Shown here: positions 39,432-52,241 of the stretch, piece after piece
Layout: every line of letters starts with the position of its first letter
Numbering within the stretch: position 1 is the first letter of the stretch
Assembly: GCF_006345805.1 (NCBI RefSeq)
Contig: NC_043012.1
Coordinates: forward strand, 6,138,001 to 6,202,000
Reading direction: 5' to 3'
Origin: Octopus sinensis
Taxonomy: Eukaryota
Length of the DNA: 64,000 bases
Made by a program: the position numbers and the translations under genes
Notes under the pieces: generated by a model
What the model was told of the DNA's origin: nothing
What the model saw: only the letters and a program-made list of their open reading frames with translations
The model's database searches: none

Positions 39432-39944
39432 GGAGTGGCTGTGTGGTGGTAAGAAGCTTGCTTCCCAACCACATAGTTCTGGGTTCAGTCCCACTGCATG
39501 GCACCTTGGGCAAGTGTCTTCTACTACAGCCTTGGGTTGACCAAAGCCTTGTGAGTGGACTTGGCACACAGAAACTGAAAGAAGCCCGTCGTACACACAC
39601 ACACACACACACAACACACACACACACATATATGTATGCCAAGAGCACCATCCAAGCGTGATCGGTGCCAACGTCGCCTTACTGGCGCCTGTGCCGGTGG
39701 CATGTGTAAAAAGATTCGAGCGAGGTCGTTGCCAGTACTGCCTGACTGGCCCCCATGCCAGTGGCATGTAAAAGCACCCACTACACTCTCAGAGTGATTG
39801 GCGTTAGTAAGGGTATCCAGCTGTAGAAACTCTGCCAGATCAGATCGGAGCCTGGTGCAGCCATCTGGTTCGCCAGCCCTCAGTCAAAATCTTCCAACCC
39901 ATGCTAGCATGGAAAGTGGACGTTAAACGATGATGATGATGATG

Positions 39945-40001
<57 letters not shown>

Positions 40002-40197
40002 TGTGTTTGTCCCCTCACCATTGCTTGACATCCGATGTTGGTGTGTTTACATCCCTGTCACTTAGCTGTTTGGCAAAAAGAAACTGATAGAATAAGTAGT
40101 AGGCTTACAAAGAATAAGTCCTGGGGTCAGTTTATTCAACTAAAGATGGTGCTCCAACATGGCCACAGTCAAAAGATTGAAACAAGTAAAAAAAGTA
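39431..40197 (+). mobile_element. SINE-B with an RTE 3' UTR/tail fragment (about 39640-39945) inside its internal microsatellite
   Basis: Head 39431-39595, RTE tail ending (GAT)n, SINE tail 39995-40197. Confidence 0.8.
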
Positions 40198-40214
40198 ATA
40201 TGTATATTACTTCG

Positions 40215-40412
40215 CCGTGATAGACCGCTAGCCAGTACACATTCTTTATTTTCTCTCTTTATTTTTCTCCATGTTTCTTTCTGTGTTCCTTTCTGTGAAA
40301 GAGCATAGACTCGAAACATTAAAGACATTTTCACTTCCCGAGTGTTATACTAATACATCTGTTTGTTGCTTATACACCTGTCTTCGTCTTTTGTTTTTCT
40401 GTGAATTCTCCT
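40215..40412 (+). mobile_element. Penelope-like fragment with decayed hammerhead-like motif at 40289-40324
   Basis: Same family as 17845-18075. Confidence 0.6.
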
Positions 40413-40546
40413 TATATATATATATATATATATAACTGGAGCTTGGTGCAGCTCTCTGGCTTTGCAGTTCCTGTCAAGTCATCGAACCCATGCCTCCGTG
40501 GAAAGCAGTTGCTAAATGTTGATGAGGATGATGATGAGGATGATAT

Positions 40547-40942
40547 TCTTTTATTTGTTTCAGTCATTTGACTGCAATCATGCTGGAGCACTGCTGTTAG
40601 TTGAATAAATTGATCCCAGGATATATTCTTTATAAGCTTAGTACTTATTCTTTGGTCTCTTTTGCCAAACTGTTAAGTTACAGGCCCGTAAACACACCAA
40701 CATCAGTTGTCAAGCGATGGTAGGGGAAAACACAGACACAGACAGACACACACACACACACACACATACACGCACATACACGACGGGCTTCTTTCAGTTT
40801 CCATCTGCCAAATCCACGCACAAGGCTTTGTTCGACCTGAGGCTTCAGTAGAAAACACTTATCCAAGGTGCCATGCAGTGAGACTGAACCCAGACCATGT
40901 GGTTGGGAAGCAAGCTTCTTATCACACAGCCACACCTGCGCC
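40547..40942 (-). mobile_element. SINE family B
   Basis: Reverse complement of family B. Confidence 0.85.
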
Positions 40943-41941
40943 TATATACATATATTTGTATAATATGTGTGTGTGTGTGTGTGTGTGCATGTATGTGTGT
41001 GTGTGTGTGTATATGGGTGTTTGTGTGTGTGTATATATATATGTGTGTGTGTGTGTGCATATGTATCTTTCTCCTGTACTTGTTTTAGTCATTGGACTGC
41101 AACCATGCAGGGATATGGCCTTCAAAGGTTTTAGTCCCCAATACTTTTTATTTTAGGCTAGGTACTTATTCCATTGATCACTGATGCTGAACCACTAAGT
41201 TATGGAAATGTAAATGAATCAGCACTAATTGTGAAGTAGTGGTGGGTGACAAATACAAACACAAATAGGTACAAACATATGTTGGTATATAAGTGTGTGT
41301 GTGTGTGTTTGTGTGTGTGTATGTTTGTGTATGTATGTCTGTGTGTGTATGTTTGTGTGTGTGTGTGTGTGTATGTTTATGTGTGTGTGTGTATGTTTGT
41401 GAGTGTGTGTGTGTGTGTGCATGTGTTAGTATGTCTCCTTGTTTTAACATTGTGTTTCATTTGTAAGTGAGTGAAGCAGTGTCATTCCTTTCCTAGTCTG
41501 ACCACAGGGAACCATTACTCAGCTTGGAAGAAGGTGAGGTTTGCCAACAAGAAGGCCATGCAGCTGTAGCACATCTGCCTCATTGATCTCCATCTGGTCC
41601 AGAAAGTGGACATTAAAATGATGGTGATGATATGATGATGATGATGATCGGTGGTGGACTGGGTCTAAAAATATTGGTTGCTAAGAGACTAAGGGGGGGG
41701 AGGCTACCTGCAACTACAATGCTATCATATATATTTTTTTTTGTCAAAAGTATTCTTTTCAACTGTCTACAAACACAGCCAGGCTGAAATAATTAATGCA
41801 TTCTTCCAGGAGTGAATAAAAAATTCTCAAACTTGAGGGGATGGGCCCCTTAGATACTAACATGGGCCCCCATATATGGATTTTAATGGTGCAGGGGACC
41901 ACTTGCCTTCAGGCAAGCTAGCGAACTGGCCAGTCTGCCAC

Positions 41942-41972
<31 letters not shown>

Positions 41973-42076
41973 ACACACAGCCGTTCACACGTACACATAT
42001 ACATAAACACTTACACACACATTCATACAGGGAAATGATTTTCTAGATTGTTTTCGATCAGCTCCTGCCCCCCCCC

Positions 42077-42289
42077 ATTCTCTGTCTTTCTAAATCTCTT
42101 CTTTCAGTCTCCTCTCTTTCCCTCTCTAAATCTCCTTTTCCTTTTTTTCCCACTGTCTAACAACCCTCTCTTATTCTCTCCAATAGGCTGCTGTAGCTTC
42201 CACCTAACTTGCATAACCAGCTTCACACGTCACATGCCAACCTCATGGTTTGAACCAGATCAAACGGAAGGAAGCTGAGTTTGGTAACC
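42077..42289 (+). other. Polypyrimidine tract, 3' splice site (AG 42185-42186) and 5' UTR part of the PDZ exon
   Basis: About 100 nt C/T tract ending ttattctctccaatAG|G; the in-frame stop before the ATG implies UTR. The acceptor is inferred, and an alternative AG at 42257-42258 is weaker. Confidence 0.55.
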
Positions 42290-43078
42290 ATGGAACTTTC
42301 ATCAGCTTCACCAGTGCCTACCGACAGTCATGGTTTGCAAGATGTTGAGAATGAAAGCAAACACGATTATATTGTTGATCATGGCACAGCTGAAATAAAT
42401 CACAACAAACCCCCAGACATGAATTCAGCCCCCTTGTCATTTGCAGACCCTTTGAAACTCTCAACAAATTTGGAATATTTAATGTCAAGCACTGAAGAGG
42501 ATGAGAATAAGTCGAGTTTTACAAACGAAAAATTAGCAAGCGATTCTTCGTTAATTCTAAACGAAGCTGTCGATGTCCACACAGTAGTCTCCTGTCTTCC
42601 GAATGAGAGTCTTGGGATAATTCTTGGCATGAATGAAAGAATCGAATTCGAGGAAGGAGAGAAAAGAGAGGTTTATATGAAGAAAATTGTACCAAATGGA
42701 GCTGTGCACCGAGTGGTTTTGGAATCACAGAGCTTTACACTGGGGGATGAGATTCTTGCCATTAATGGTGCATACTTTGAGAAAATGACTCGAAGTGAAT
42801 GCATTAAATTACTTACAAATTTGCCTTCGGAGGTTTCCTTCATTTCTCGTCGCAATCCAATGCCTTGGACAGCAGGTCCTCGCTGTTCCTTTTATTTGAA
42901 TTTGATCGACAATAATCGCGAGAGTATACTGAGCCCTGCTCCCAAATTATTCACTAACGAAGGTAAAAAAATACCTGACAATTATAAACTGCTGGAAATC
43001 AGTTTGTACCGAGAAATTGGAGACCAGTTAGGCATCAGTTTGGTACCAAGTTACGGAGATACAAACCATTATTACCAA
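42290..43078 (+). CDS. First coding exon (263 codons) of a multi-PDZ scaffold protein (PDZD2/IL16-like or related); PDZ1 about 42569-42853, PDZ2 begins at the exon end
   Basis: Long non-repetitive ORF with PDZ signatures: SLGIILG loop, VYMKKIVPNGAVHR, GDEILAING, then a second EISLYREIGDQLGISLV. ATG in ACCATGG context with an in-frame stop upstream at 42251. Phase-0 donor CAA|GTAAGT at 43078/43079. Confidence 0.88.
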
Positions 43079-43482
43079 GTAAGTGATTAGTTTCTTTCAC
43101 TTTATATTTTATTGTTATTGCTAAATCAAAAACACAACAGCAAAATATTAAAGTATGGTTTTGTGGTTCAAATGCCTTTCCTTTTCTCATGTTTAGGTCA
43201 CTTATATCTGTTTATAAACAATAGTAATGTTACTGGCACTCTTATAGCTTGTTAATGTTTCCCCAGATTCCTTTTTAAAGTGAATTATGATGCCTGTCTT
43301 TTACAAACGTCCTCTCTGTTTACCCAACAAGTCTTCAAAATTATTTGAATATCTGTTGTAGCTTGTGTGCTATAGACAGTCACAAATTGCTCTACTTTGT
43401 GTAAATTGCTTGTATTCTACATACTTATAGACACATGTATGTGTATGTTTGTTTTGTGTGTGTGTATATGTGTGTATTTATG

Positions 43483-43523
<41 letters not shown>

Positions 43524-43559
43524 TGTATGAATATATGTATGTATATGCATGTGTATATA

Positions 43560-44005
43560 TCTACTACATATGTGGGAAATTCTGTCTCTGTGTTTGTTTG
43601 TAGAGTTGTTAGATAACTCCTCCTACATCATTTTATTGATTTTGATGAAACTTGACACGTGAGTAGAACTCATGTCTGGAAACCTCATGGCATACTCAGA
43701 TTGTTGAAAAAAAATCGATAATAGGACCCCTTGAAGGGATCCTCATACTTATCTACTATATTTTATTTTAAAAACCAAGGGAAATAACCATTTCACCCCT
43801 AGAAGGGATCCTTATATGTAACCAAGGGAAATAACCCATTCATTTTCCTAAATTATTTGGTAAAAATGAAATTGTGTATGCTTATTTCTTAGTATTTGAA
43901 GTATTTGAGTTATTTTCGCAATTTATCCAGTACAACCCTTAAACAAATAAATAGTATTTTCTTAAACAATAGATCCACTTATTTCAGTTACGTGACTTAT
44001 TCACA
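43560..44005 (+). mobile_element. Non-autonomous Helitron/DINE-like element (5' part), with an internal ~70 bp direct repeat
   Basis: TC start, ctgtctctgtgtttgtttgt, gattttgatgaaacttgac motif; no clear 3' hairpin-CTRR. Confidence 0.4.
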
Positions 44006-44904
44006 CACACACATACTCACACACAGACACACGATGGGCTTCTTTCAGTTTATGTCTACCAAACCCACTCACGAGGCTTTGGTCAGCTTGAGACTATAAT
44101 AGAAGACCCTTCCTCAAGGTGCCATGCGGTGGGACTGAACCTGGAACCATGCAGTTGAGAAGCGAGCTTCTTACCGTACAGCCATTCCTGTGCCTTTCCC
44201 ATCAGATATTTACATCTGCAGGGCAACAGATCCCTAGGGTCTGTGTTTGAATATGTGTGCTTGTGTGTGTGTGTGGGGAATATTTGTGTTTGCTTTTTTT
44301 TGTTTTTACTAGTGGTGTCCTTCTTTCTTATCTCCTTTGAAAACTTATCCAGCCATGGGGGAAATATTAACTTATTTGGTAAAAAGGTAAGGGTTGGTGA
44401 CAGGAAGGGCATCCAGCCATAGAAAATCTGGCTCAACAAATTCTAACCCATGTTAGTATAGAAGCGAATAAGTTAAAATGATGATGATGATGATGATGAT
44501 GATTATGATGGCAATGATGCCCATGCAGGACCAGTTGCTAAAATGAATAGTTTGTGAAATCATGGAATTCATAGAATAAAAATCTAGGAGGTTGTTATTT
44601 AAAACATTAGAAGAGCAAATTTTTTTGAAGTTTTGTTGAAATTCATCTCATGAGGAAAGCATTCAATTAATTTGTTGTCTTTTACAGAAAGAAAAGTGGT
44701 ATTAACGTTACAAACTGCATTGATTTAAACGGTCAAGTTAAAAAAAAAAAAAAGATTTACTTTTGTGATGAATCGGAAATAGTGTGTGTGTGTGACATGA
44801 GAATGAATTAGAAGGGAATTGTATTGTATAATGATTCTTTACATGCTTTTAATCAAAAAGACACATGGACACACACACAAACACATACACATATTCTTTA
44901 TTCT

Positions 44905-45305
44905 TTATTCTTTTACTTGTTTCAGTCATTTGACTGTGGCCATGCTGGAGCACCGCCTTTAGTCGAGCAACTCAACCCCGGGACTTATTCTTTTGTAAGC
45001 CTAGTACTTATTCTATCGGTCTCTTTTGCCAAACCGCTAAGTAACGGGGACATAAGCACACCAGCATCAGTTGTCAAGCAATGCTAGGGGACAAACACAG
45101 ACACACAAATACACACTCGCATACATATATATACATATATACGATGGGCTTCTTTCAGTTTCCGTCTACCAAATCCACTCACAAGGATTTGGTCGGCCCG
45201 AGGCTATAGTAGAAGACACTAGCCCAAGGTGCCACGCAGTGGACTGAACCCGCAACCATGTGGTTGGTAGACAAGCTACTTACCACACAGCCACTCCTGC
45301 GCCTA
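44905..45305 (-). mobile_element. SINE family B
   Basis: Near-consensus copy. Confidence 0.88.
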
Positions 45306-45318
45306 TATGTATATATAC

Positions 45319-45371
<53 letters not shown>

Positions 45372-45589
45372 CAGATATACATGTGTATATTCTTAAATGC
45401 CTGTGAATATATTATAGAGAGATGTATGAATATAAATAAGGTTTATAGTTGTTAGTGATAAACATGATGAGAAAAATAATGGGGTTACACTGTTAGGTGA
45501 TTAAGTATAAATGCATGTATGGGTATTTAAGATGATATGAATGTATGTTAGTAGAATAAGTATATGTAAATTAAATGTATGTAAGACCT

Positions 45590-46340
45590 GGCAAGCCAAG
45601 TGAGACCATAGCTGTGGCTTGTGCCAGTGTCACGTAACTGACCCATTTAAGGGTACCTTTCAATCATTGGGCAATATACTGTGCTTGAGAAGACCTGTTG
45701 AGTCAAGTGAATCATTGTTGTTTGTGACCAATGCCAGTACCACCTGACTGGCATGTGAAAAGCACCGTTCAGGTGTGGTCGGTGCCAGTGCCGCCTGACT
45801 GGCTCCTGTGAGTGTGGTCAATGCCAGTACTGCTTGACTGGCTTCTGTGCCAGTGGCATGTAAAAAGCACCCACTATACTTTCAGAGTGATTGGCGTTAG
45901 GAAATGCATCTAGCTGTAGAAACCTTGCCAGATCAGATTGGAGCCTGGCACAGCCTACTGGCTTGCCAGTCCTCAGTCAAACTTTCCAACCCATGCCAGC
46001 ATGGAAAGCAAACGTTAAAAGATGATGATGATGATGAATAAGTGCCAAAATAAAGAGAAACTAATATATCTTAGTAACAGAGGTTAGGTTTTGTGTATAA
46101 GTGAATTGTAATAAATTTACCAGTGTATCACTCTGGGAGTTAATTTCGGGTGGCACGTAAAAAGCACCCACTACACTCACGGAGTGGTTGGCGTTAGGAA
46201 GAGCATCCAGCCGTAGAAACACTGCCAGATCAGACTGGGCCTGATGCGGCCTTCCGGCTTCACAGACCCCAGTTGAACCGTCCAACCCATGCTAGCATGG
46301 AAAGCGGATGCTAAATGATGATGATGATGATGATGATGGT
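45590..46340 (+). mobile_element. Two consecutive RTE 3' UTR/tail fragments
   Basis: (GAT)n tails at about 46035 and 46338. Confidence 0.82.
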
Positions 46341-47020
46341 GTGGTGCACTCTCTCAACACTGTGGTGAATGAGGATTGAGAAAGACACAACTGCACAGTG
46401 TTTTTAGAAAGTGTGATGGCGTTGGTGCTGGTTTCTTGGTCTGCTGAACAACCCCCATGAGGAATATCATTATAATGGGCATGATTTGTGCAGAATCAGT
46501 CTTTTAATTTTGTGTTAGTTTGGTGCCACAAGTCCCACAAGCCCCATAGTTATTGGGATATAGAATTTGTAAGGGGTTAACTTCCATTAGATGAGTAGCT
46601 AAAGAGCTGAAGGATCCCATGTGCTCAGATTCTGTTGGGTTGTGTGTAAGTGACCTTCTTCAGGGGGTTATTCTGTGACATACCAATTAAGCCATAACAG
46701 GGACCCTGATTGGTGCTACCACATTGGATCAGAATACGCTTGAGAACAGTAGTGGCCAAGAGGTGGTCTCTGGAATAATGAAACATTATAGTAATAAAGA
46801 CACATTTGAAATATATAAAGTGAATTGAATGAAATAAATAAGATATAAGTAAAAATTCTAATGCTGTAAAATATCAGAAGGTGAATTTGTGCAATAAATA
46901 GGATTACATAAAAAAACAAAGACATACAGTTTGTTCAGAAGTATATGGACAGGTGAAGAGAGGTTATGTATAATTTAAAAAGGTGTAAAATATAGGAATA
47001 CCTATAGTCACATATATATA

Positions 47021-47436
47021 TGGCGCAGGAGTGGCTGTGTGGTAAGTAGCTTGCTAACTAACTGCATGGTTCCGGGTTCAGTCCCACTGCGTGGCACCTT
47101 GGGCAAGTATCTTCTACTATAGCCCCGGGTGACCAATGCCTTGTGTGTGGATTTGGTAGACGGAAACTGAAAGAAGCCTGTCGTATATGTGTATATATAT
47201 ATATATATGGGTGTGTGTGTTTGTGTGTCTGTGTTTGTCTCCCTAGCATCGCTTGACAACCGATGCTGGTGTGTTTACGTCCCCGTCACTTAGCGGTTTG
47301 GCAAAAGAGACCGATAGAATAAGTACTGGGCTTACAAAAGAATAAGTCCTGGGGTCGATTTGCTCGACTAAAGGCGGTGCTCCAGCATGGCCGCAGTCAA
47401 ATGACTGAAACAAGTAAAAGAGTAAATAGAAAAGAG
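47021..47436 (+). mobile_element. SINE family B (near-consensus)
   Basis: ggcgcaggagtggctgtgtgg..gactgaaacaagtaaaagag. Confidence 0.9.
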
Positions 47437-47458
47437 TATATGATAATATGTGTGTTAA

Positions 47459-47678
47459 GCCTTTCGTGACCAACCTGGCTGAAAGCACCTCTGCTCTGTA
47501 GTACAAATGTCTTGTTTCATGAGTTCTGAATTAAAATCTTCCACCAAACCTAATTCACAATTTATGTTCCTAACACAAGCTGAATGATAACGAAGTTATT
47601 TTACTAAATTCTTTGTTATATTTAAAAGTAATTGAAAGAAACACAGAGCATCTCAACAGAAATACAGTAACGAAAGGG
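47459..47678. mobile_element. piggyBac-type MITE, family 1
   Basis: TTAA at 47455-47458 and 47679-47682. Confidence 0.82.
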
Positions 47679-48204
47679 TTAAAAGTGTTAAAAATGAAAT
47701 AAAGCATATAGGCGTGCATGTAAAGATAACATGCAGGTTACTATAGGAGATGTGAAAAAAAGAATACAATATCAAAATGAAGTGGCATAAAATAATAGAA
47801 ACTAAAGTGGAAATAAATAAAAAGACAAATGCATAAAATCTAATGGTGTATAAACAAATACTTATTGATTTGTGCAGTAAGGAAAAAGGCAAAGCTAAAA
47901 CAGTTTGTTAATGTTCATGCATATAAATGTGTGGGTTAAAAAGGTCAAATGTGAGTTGAGGTAAAAAGGTGGCGTCAGTGTTTATGAGCGTAGAGTTACT
48001 TGAAAGCTAAGTCAAAATGCTTGCAGTGTAGAAGTACCTGTTTGAGCAAGTGGTAGGTTTATCAATGTTTAAATATTTTAATTGGTGCAATCGGAAAGAA
48101 GGGACCTTTTTAGGTCGTGTTAGAACCAGGTTTTTGACACATGACTGCATGTTAACACCTGCCATCATGAGCTAGGTGAGGGTCTACATACACTTCTGGG
48201 GCCA

Positions 48205-48372
48205 GTCGCCATGATTGACTGCTAACTCCAAAAGTTTTTTTATTCTCTCTCTGTGTTTATTTCCTCATGTTCCTTTCTGTCAAAGAGCATGGGCTCGAAA
48301 TGTAAAAGACTTTCTCACTTTCCCAAGCATCAAACTAATACACCTGCTTGTTGTTTATATACCTGTAAATTT
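48205..48372 (+). mobile_element. Penelope-like fragment with decayed hammerhead-like motif at 48273-48308
   Basis: Same family as 17845-18075. Confidence 0.55.
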
Positions 48373-49455
48373 CAACTTTAAATATTTTATGTCAGGATAA
48401 TGTGAGACATTTTGATTGTCTGTTGAGAAGGGAGGTTTTGGGGAAGGGAATTTCAAAGCTCCCAGTTGCACATAGGTTGCAAGGTCAGTTATTGCTATTG
48501 TTTGATTTTGCTGTCAATAAGATGTTCCATTTCAAATTGTTGAGTTTATTTTTGTTTTTTAAATCACAAGTGAAACTGGTAAGTGGGATGTCCCCATAAG
48601 TCAGTGGTTTGGCAAAAAGCGCCCTTGCTTGTCCCATTCAAGTAAAGTGTACAGGCTAAAGCACAAAATGCTGATGACCCGAGATACCTGCTGGTAATAT
48701 GGAAGGGTTTTGTGATATATTCAGAAAAAGATGGGGTCCTTCTGCTCTTTAGCTGCTCATCTAAGAAAAGTTAACCCCTTACAAATTCTGTATCCCAATA
48801 ACTACTGGTCTTGTAGGACTTGCTGCACCAAACTAATATGCTTCTGAGTGGGCCTGTAATTTCTATATGGGGCAAAGATTCTCTTATGTTTAGTTCATCT
48901 CACAGACACACACACACACACTCTCTCTCTCTCCCCCTCTCTCCCCCTCTCTCCCCTCTCCCCCTTCTCTTCCTCTCTCTCCCCCCACGTATGTATGTAC
49001 ACTGACATATCAAAAGTAAATAGACACCCCCTCATTCCTTCATTCGATCACTATTCATTTGTGCAGAATCTACTCATCAGTACAATACCCAGACAGGTTA
49101 AATAATTAAAAACTAAATAAGACATGTCTCCTATACACTAGAATTAGTATTTAAATGCATTAAATAACATTATTTTATTTCTAGAAATAAATCTTCCAAA
49201 AATGATGCTGTCTATTTATTTTTGACATGTCTGTGTATGTATATACTCCAACTGGCCACTTGTGTCCTTAGAAGACCGTTACTGACTGTTTAAAGAATCG
49301 TTTTTAACAGTGGACCTTCATGCCTGCTAGGCTCTTACAAGCGTTTTACCAAACTAGTTTCGCACATGTGTCAGTAATGAGAACTATATTCTTAAATATA
49401 TGTGTAGTGCTGCGTATTTTTAGCCCCAACCAAATCCATAAGCTTTCCAACATAT

Positions 49456-49874
49456 CTCTTTACTCTTTTACTCTTTTACTTGTTTCAGTCATTTGACTGC
49501 GGCCATGCTGGAGCACCGCCTTTAATCGAGAAACTCGACCCCGGGACTTATTCTTCTGTAAGCCCAGTACTTATTCTATCGGTCTCTTTTGCCGAACCGC
49601 TAAGTAACGGGGACATAAACACACCAGCATCGGTTGTCAAGCGATGTTGTGGGGCACAAACACAGACACACAAACACACACACGCATATATATATATATA
49701 TATATATATACGACGGGCTTCTTTCAGTTTCCGTCTACCAAATCCACTCACAAGGCTTTGGTCAGCCCGAGGCTATAGTAGAAGACACTTGCTCAAGGTG
49801 CCACGCAGTGGGACTGAACCCAGAACCATGTAGTTGGTAAACAAGCTACTTACCACACAGCCACTCCTGCGCCT
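49456..49874 (-). mobile_element. SINE family B
   Basis: Near-consensus copy. Confidence 0.88.
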
Positions 49875-49904
49875 ATTATGCAACCATATACTTAAGTTTA
49901 TCCT

Positions 49905-50112
49905 TTCTAATAAAGGCACAAGGCCCGAAGTTTTGGGGGAGGGGACTAGTTGATTACACCAACCTCACTGTTTCACTGGTACTTAATTTATCACCCCAAA
50001 AGGATAAAAGGTAACGTTGACCTCGGCAGAATTTGAACTCAGAATGTAGCGACAGACAAAATACCACTAAGCATTTTGCCTGGTGTGCTAATGATTCTGC
50101 CAGCTCACTGCT
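49905..50112 (-). mobile_element. SINE family A
   Basis: Reverse complement of family A. Confidence 0.82.
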
Positions 50113-50505
50113 TTTATATACATTAATTAATAAGAATATACATCAATACAGGTATTACAAATAAATAAATGTATTATATATAAAATTTCATTCACACGTG
50201 TTTGACACCATTACAGTAGGGATTAGCATAGATTTTGGATTAGCAAAATCTCTGCTTAGTGCTTAGTATTTATCATGTACATACCACCATCAGTCCTCAC
50301 ACATTTCAGTCTGTGGAAGCTAGTCTTACAACAGATTGTGCTACAGGCAAATAGGTTAAATATATGAGATAGTCATGTGTTTTATATTCCATTTGTGGCA
50401 CTGTGATTGTGTTTGCATGTGCCCACTTTTGAGGCACCTACCCCAAATCTTTCTTGTTGAAATTAAATCTCTCATTATTAAGATTTGGATGGGACTTTTT
50501 TTTAA

Positions 50506-50726
50506 CCCTTTAGTGTTCACATTGTTCTGCCAAAATTAATGCTTTTTTATCCACATTGCCTCGAACTAATCATGCATTATCTTGTAGTTATGAGATTTTG
50601 ATGAGGTAGCTGTTAATTTTTAAAATGATATTGTAGGGTTGGTGTGAGAGACCAGATCTGGTCAGTTTGAACATAAAACAGGCAGAATACTTCTTGCCGG
50701 ATATGGCCGGTTTAAATGCTAAAGGG
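50506..50726. mobile_element. piggyBac-type MITE, family 2
   Basis: TTAA|ccctttag...ctaaaggg|TTAA. Confidence 0.85.
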
Positions 50727-51212
50727 TTAAAGATGAAAAATGACAAGTATTAAAGAACAAGGATGACTAAATGGCATCTGCATGAAACCGTTTATGTAGG
50801 AGGAAATGACTAACATTACCAAAACACTGTAGCAGATTGTCTGCATTCATACTCATGGCACAGGTTTGGTGGAACAAACAGGAGAAACAAAATTTAATGC
50901 ATTAATGTGTGTGTGTGTGTGTATTAGTCAAAGTATAGAGTATTATAGATCCATTTCAGCCGATCTTATCCATCAGCTTCACAGTTTCACACTGGTTTTA
51001 GATGACCAGATATTACACTAGTAAAGGCTGATTTTAAGATGCTGAACCTTACAGAGGAAATGATATGAGACCGCAAGTAGTGAGATGGACCATCTGGAGA
51101 AAAAAAACAAAAAAAACATGATTCTTCAGATATGAATTTGCAATGAGTAGGATCTGTTAATTGGAATGAAAATATAAATCAACAAGTAGTGGCTTTCATG
51201 CTGTTGCTCAGT

Positions 51213-51453
51213 TTTAACAGATATATTTACTAAAATTACATTAAAATATCTTGAAATACTAAAGAGTAAATTTATTCAATAAAATCACTATTGGTTCCAA
51301 CCACAGCCTCCAGACAACTTTAGAATTTCCTGCAACTCTTCTGGATGCTCTCCTTGTTTAAGTTGGTGAATGCTGCCATAATCCTTGCCTTCAGTTCATC
51401 TTTGGTGTTACAAGCAGTTTTGTTAGTCTCTCATTCATCTGCACCCAACACAT
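51213..51453 (-). mobile_element. maT (DD37D) transposase C-terminal fragment
   Basis: YVLGADE*ETNKTACNTKDELKARIMAAFTNLNKE.. typical of a Tc1/mariner C-terminus. Confidence 0.75.
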
Positions 51454-52204
51454 GTGTGTGTAGATATACGTATATATTTGATATGGTTTTTGGTTATGGT
51501 TGGTCTGGGAGTTACTAGTGGTTTTGCACCTATAAAGTTCTTAGTGGTGAGATGACTCTTCAAAGCTCATTGGCCAGAGGTACAATGTATGTGTGTGTGT
51601 GTGGTGTGTGTGTGTGTGGCATGTGCGTGTACATGACTTCAGGCTATCAGAAAAGAGGCTTATCCTAGATGCCTGACAGTAGGACTGATCCTGGGACTTT
51701 GTGATTGTGATGAAAACTTCTTTATCATTCAGCTATACTGCACTCCTAATATGCGCAAATCAGCCTCATCATCATCATCATCTTTTGATGTCTGTTTTCC
51801 ATGCTGGTATGGGTTGGACAGTTTGACCAAAGCTGGCAAGCTGCAGAGCTGCACCAGGTTCCAGTCTGATTTGACATGCTTTTTACAGCTTGATGCACTT
51901 CCTAATGACAAGGATGCCCTTGTGTGTGTATATATATATGAATATACACACACACACACACACACACATACACACACATAAACACACGCACACACACACA
52001 TATATATACATATATAATATATATATACATATAAATTTGACATGGGCGATTCTATCTTGTCTTGGGATTCATGGTCAAACGGCTGGGTGGAATTGCGCAA
52101 AAAATTACACAGATGTGTAGAATGATCCAGTGGTGATGCTGGGCTTTGTATTTTTTCATAGCTCCCATGGTTACTGAGATAATCTACTATAATAATACTC
52201 TTGT

Positions 52205-52240
<36 letters not shown>

Positions 52241-52241
<1 letters not shown>

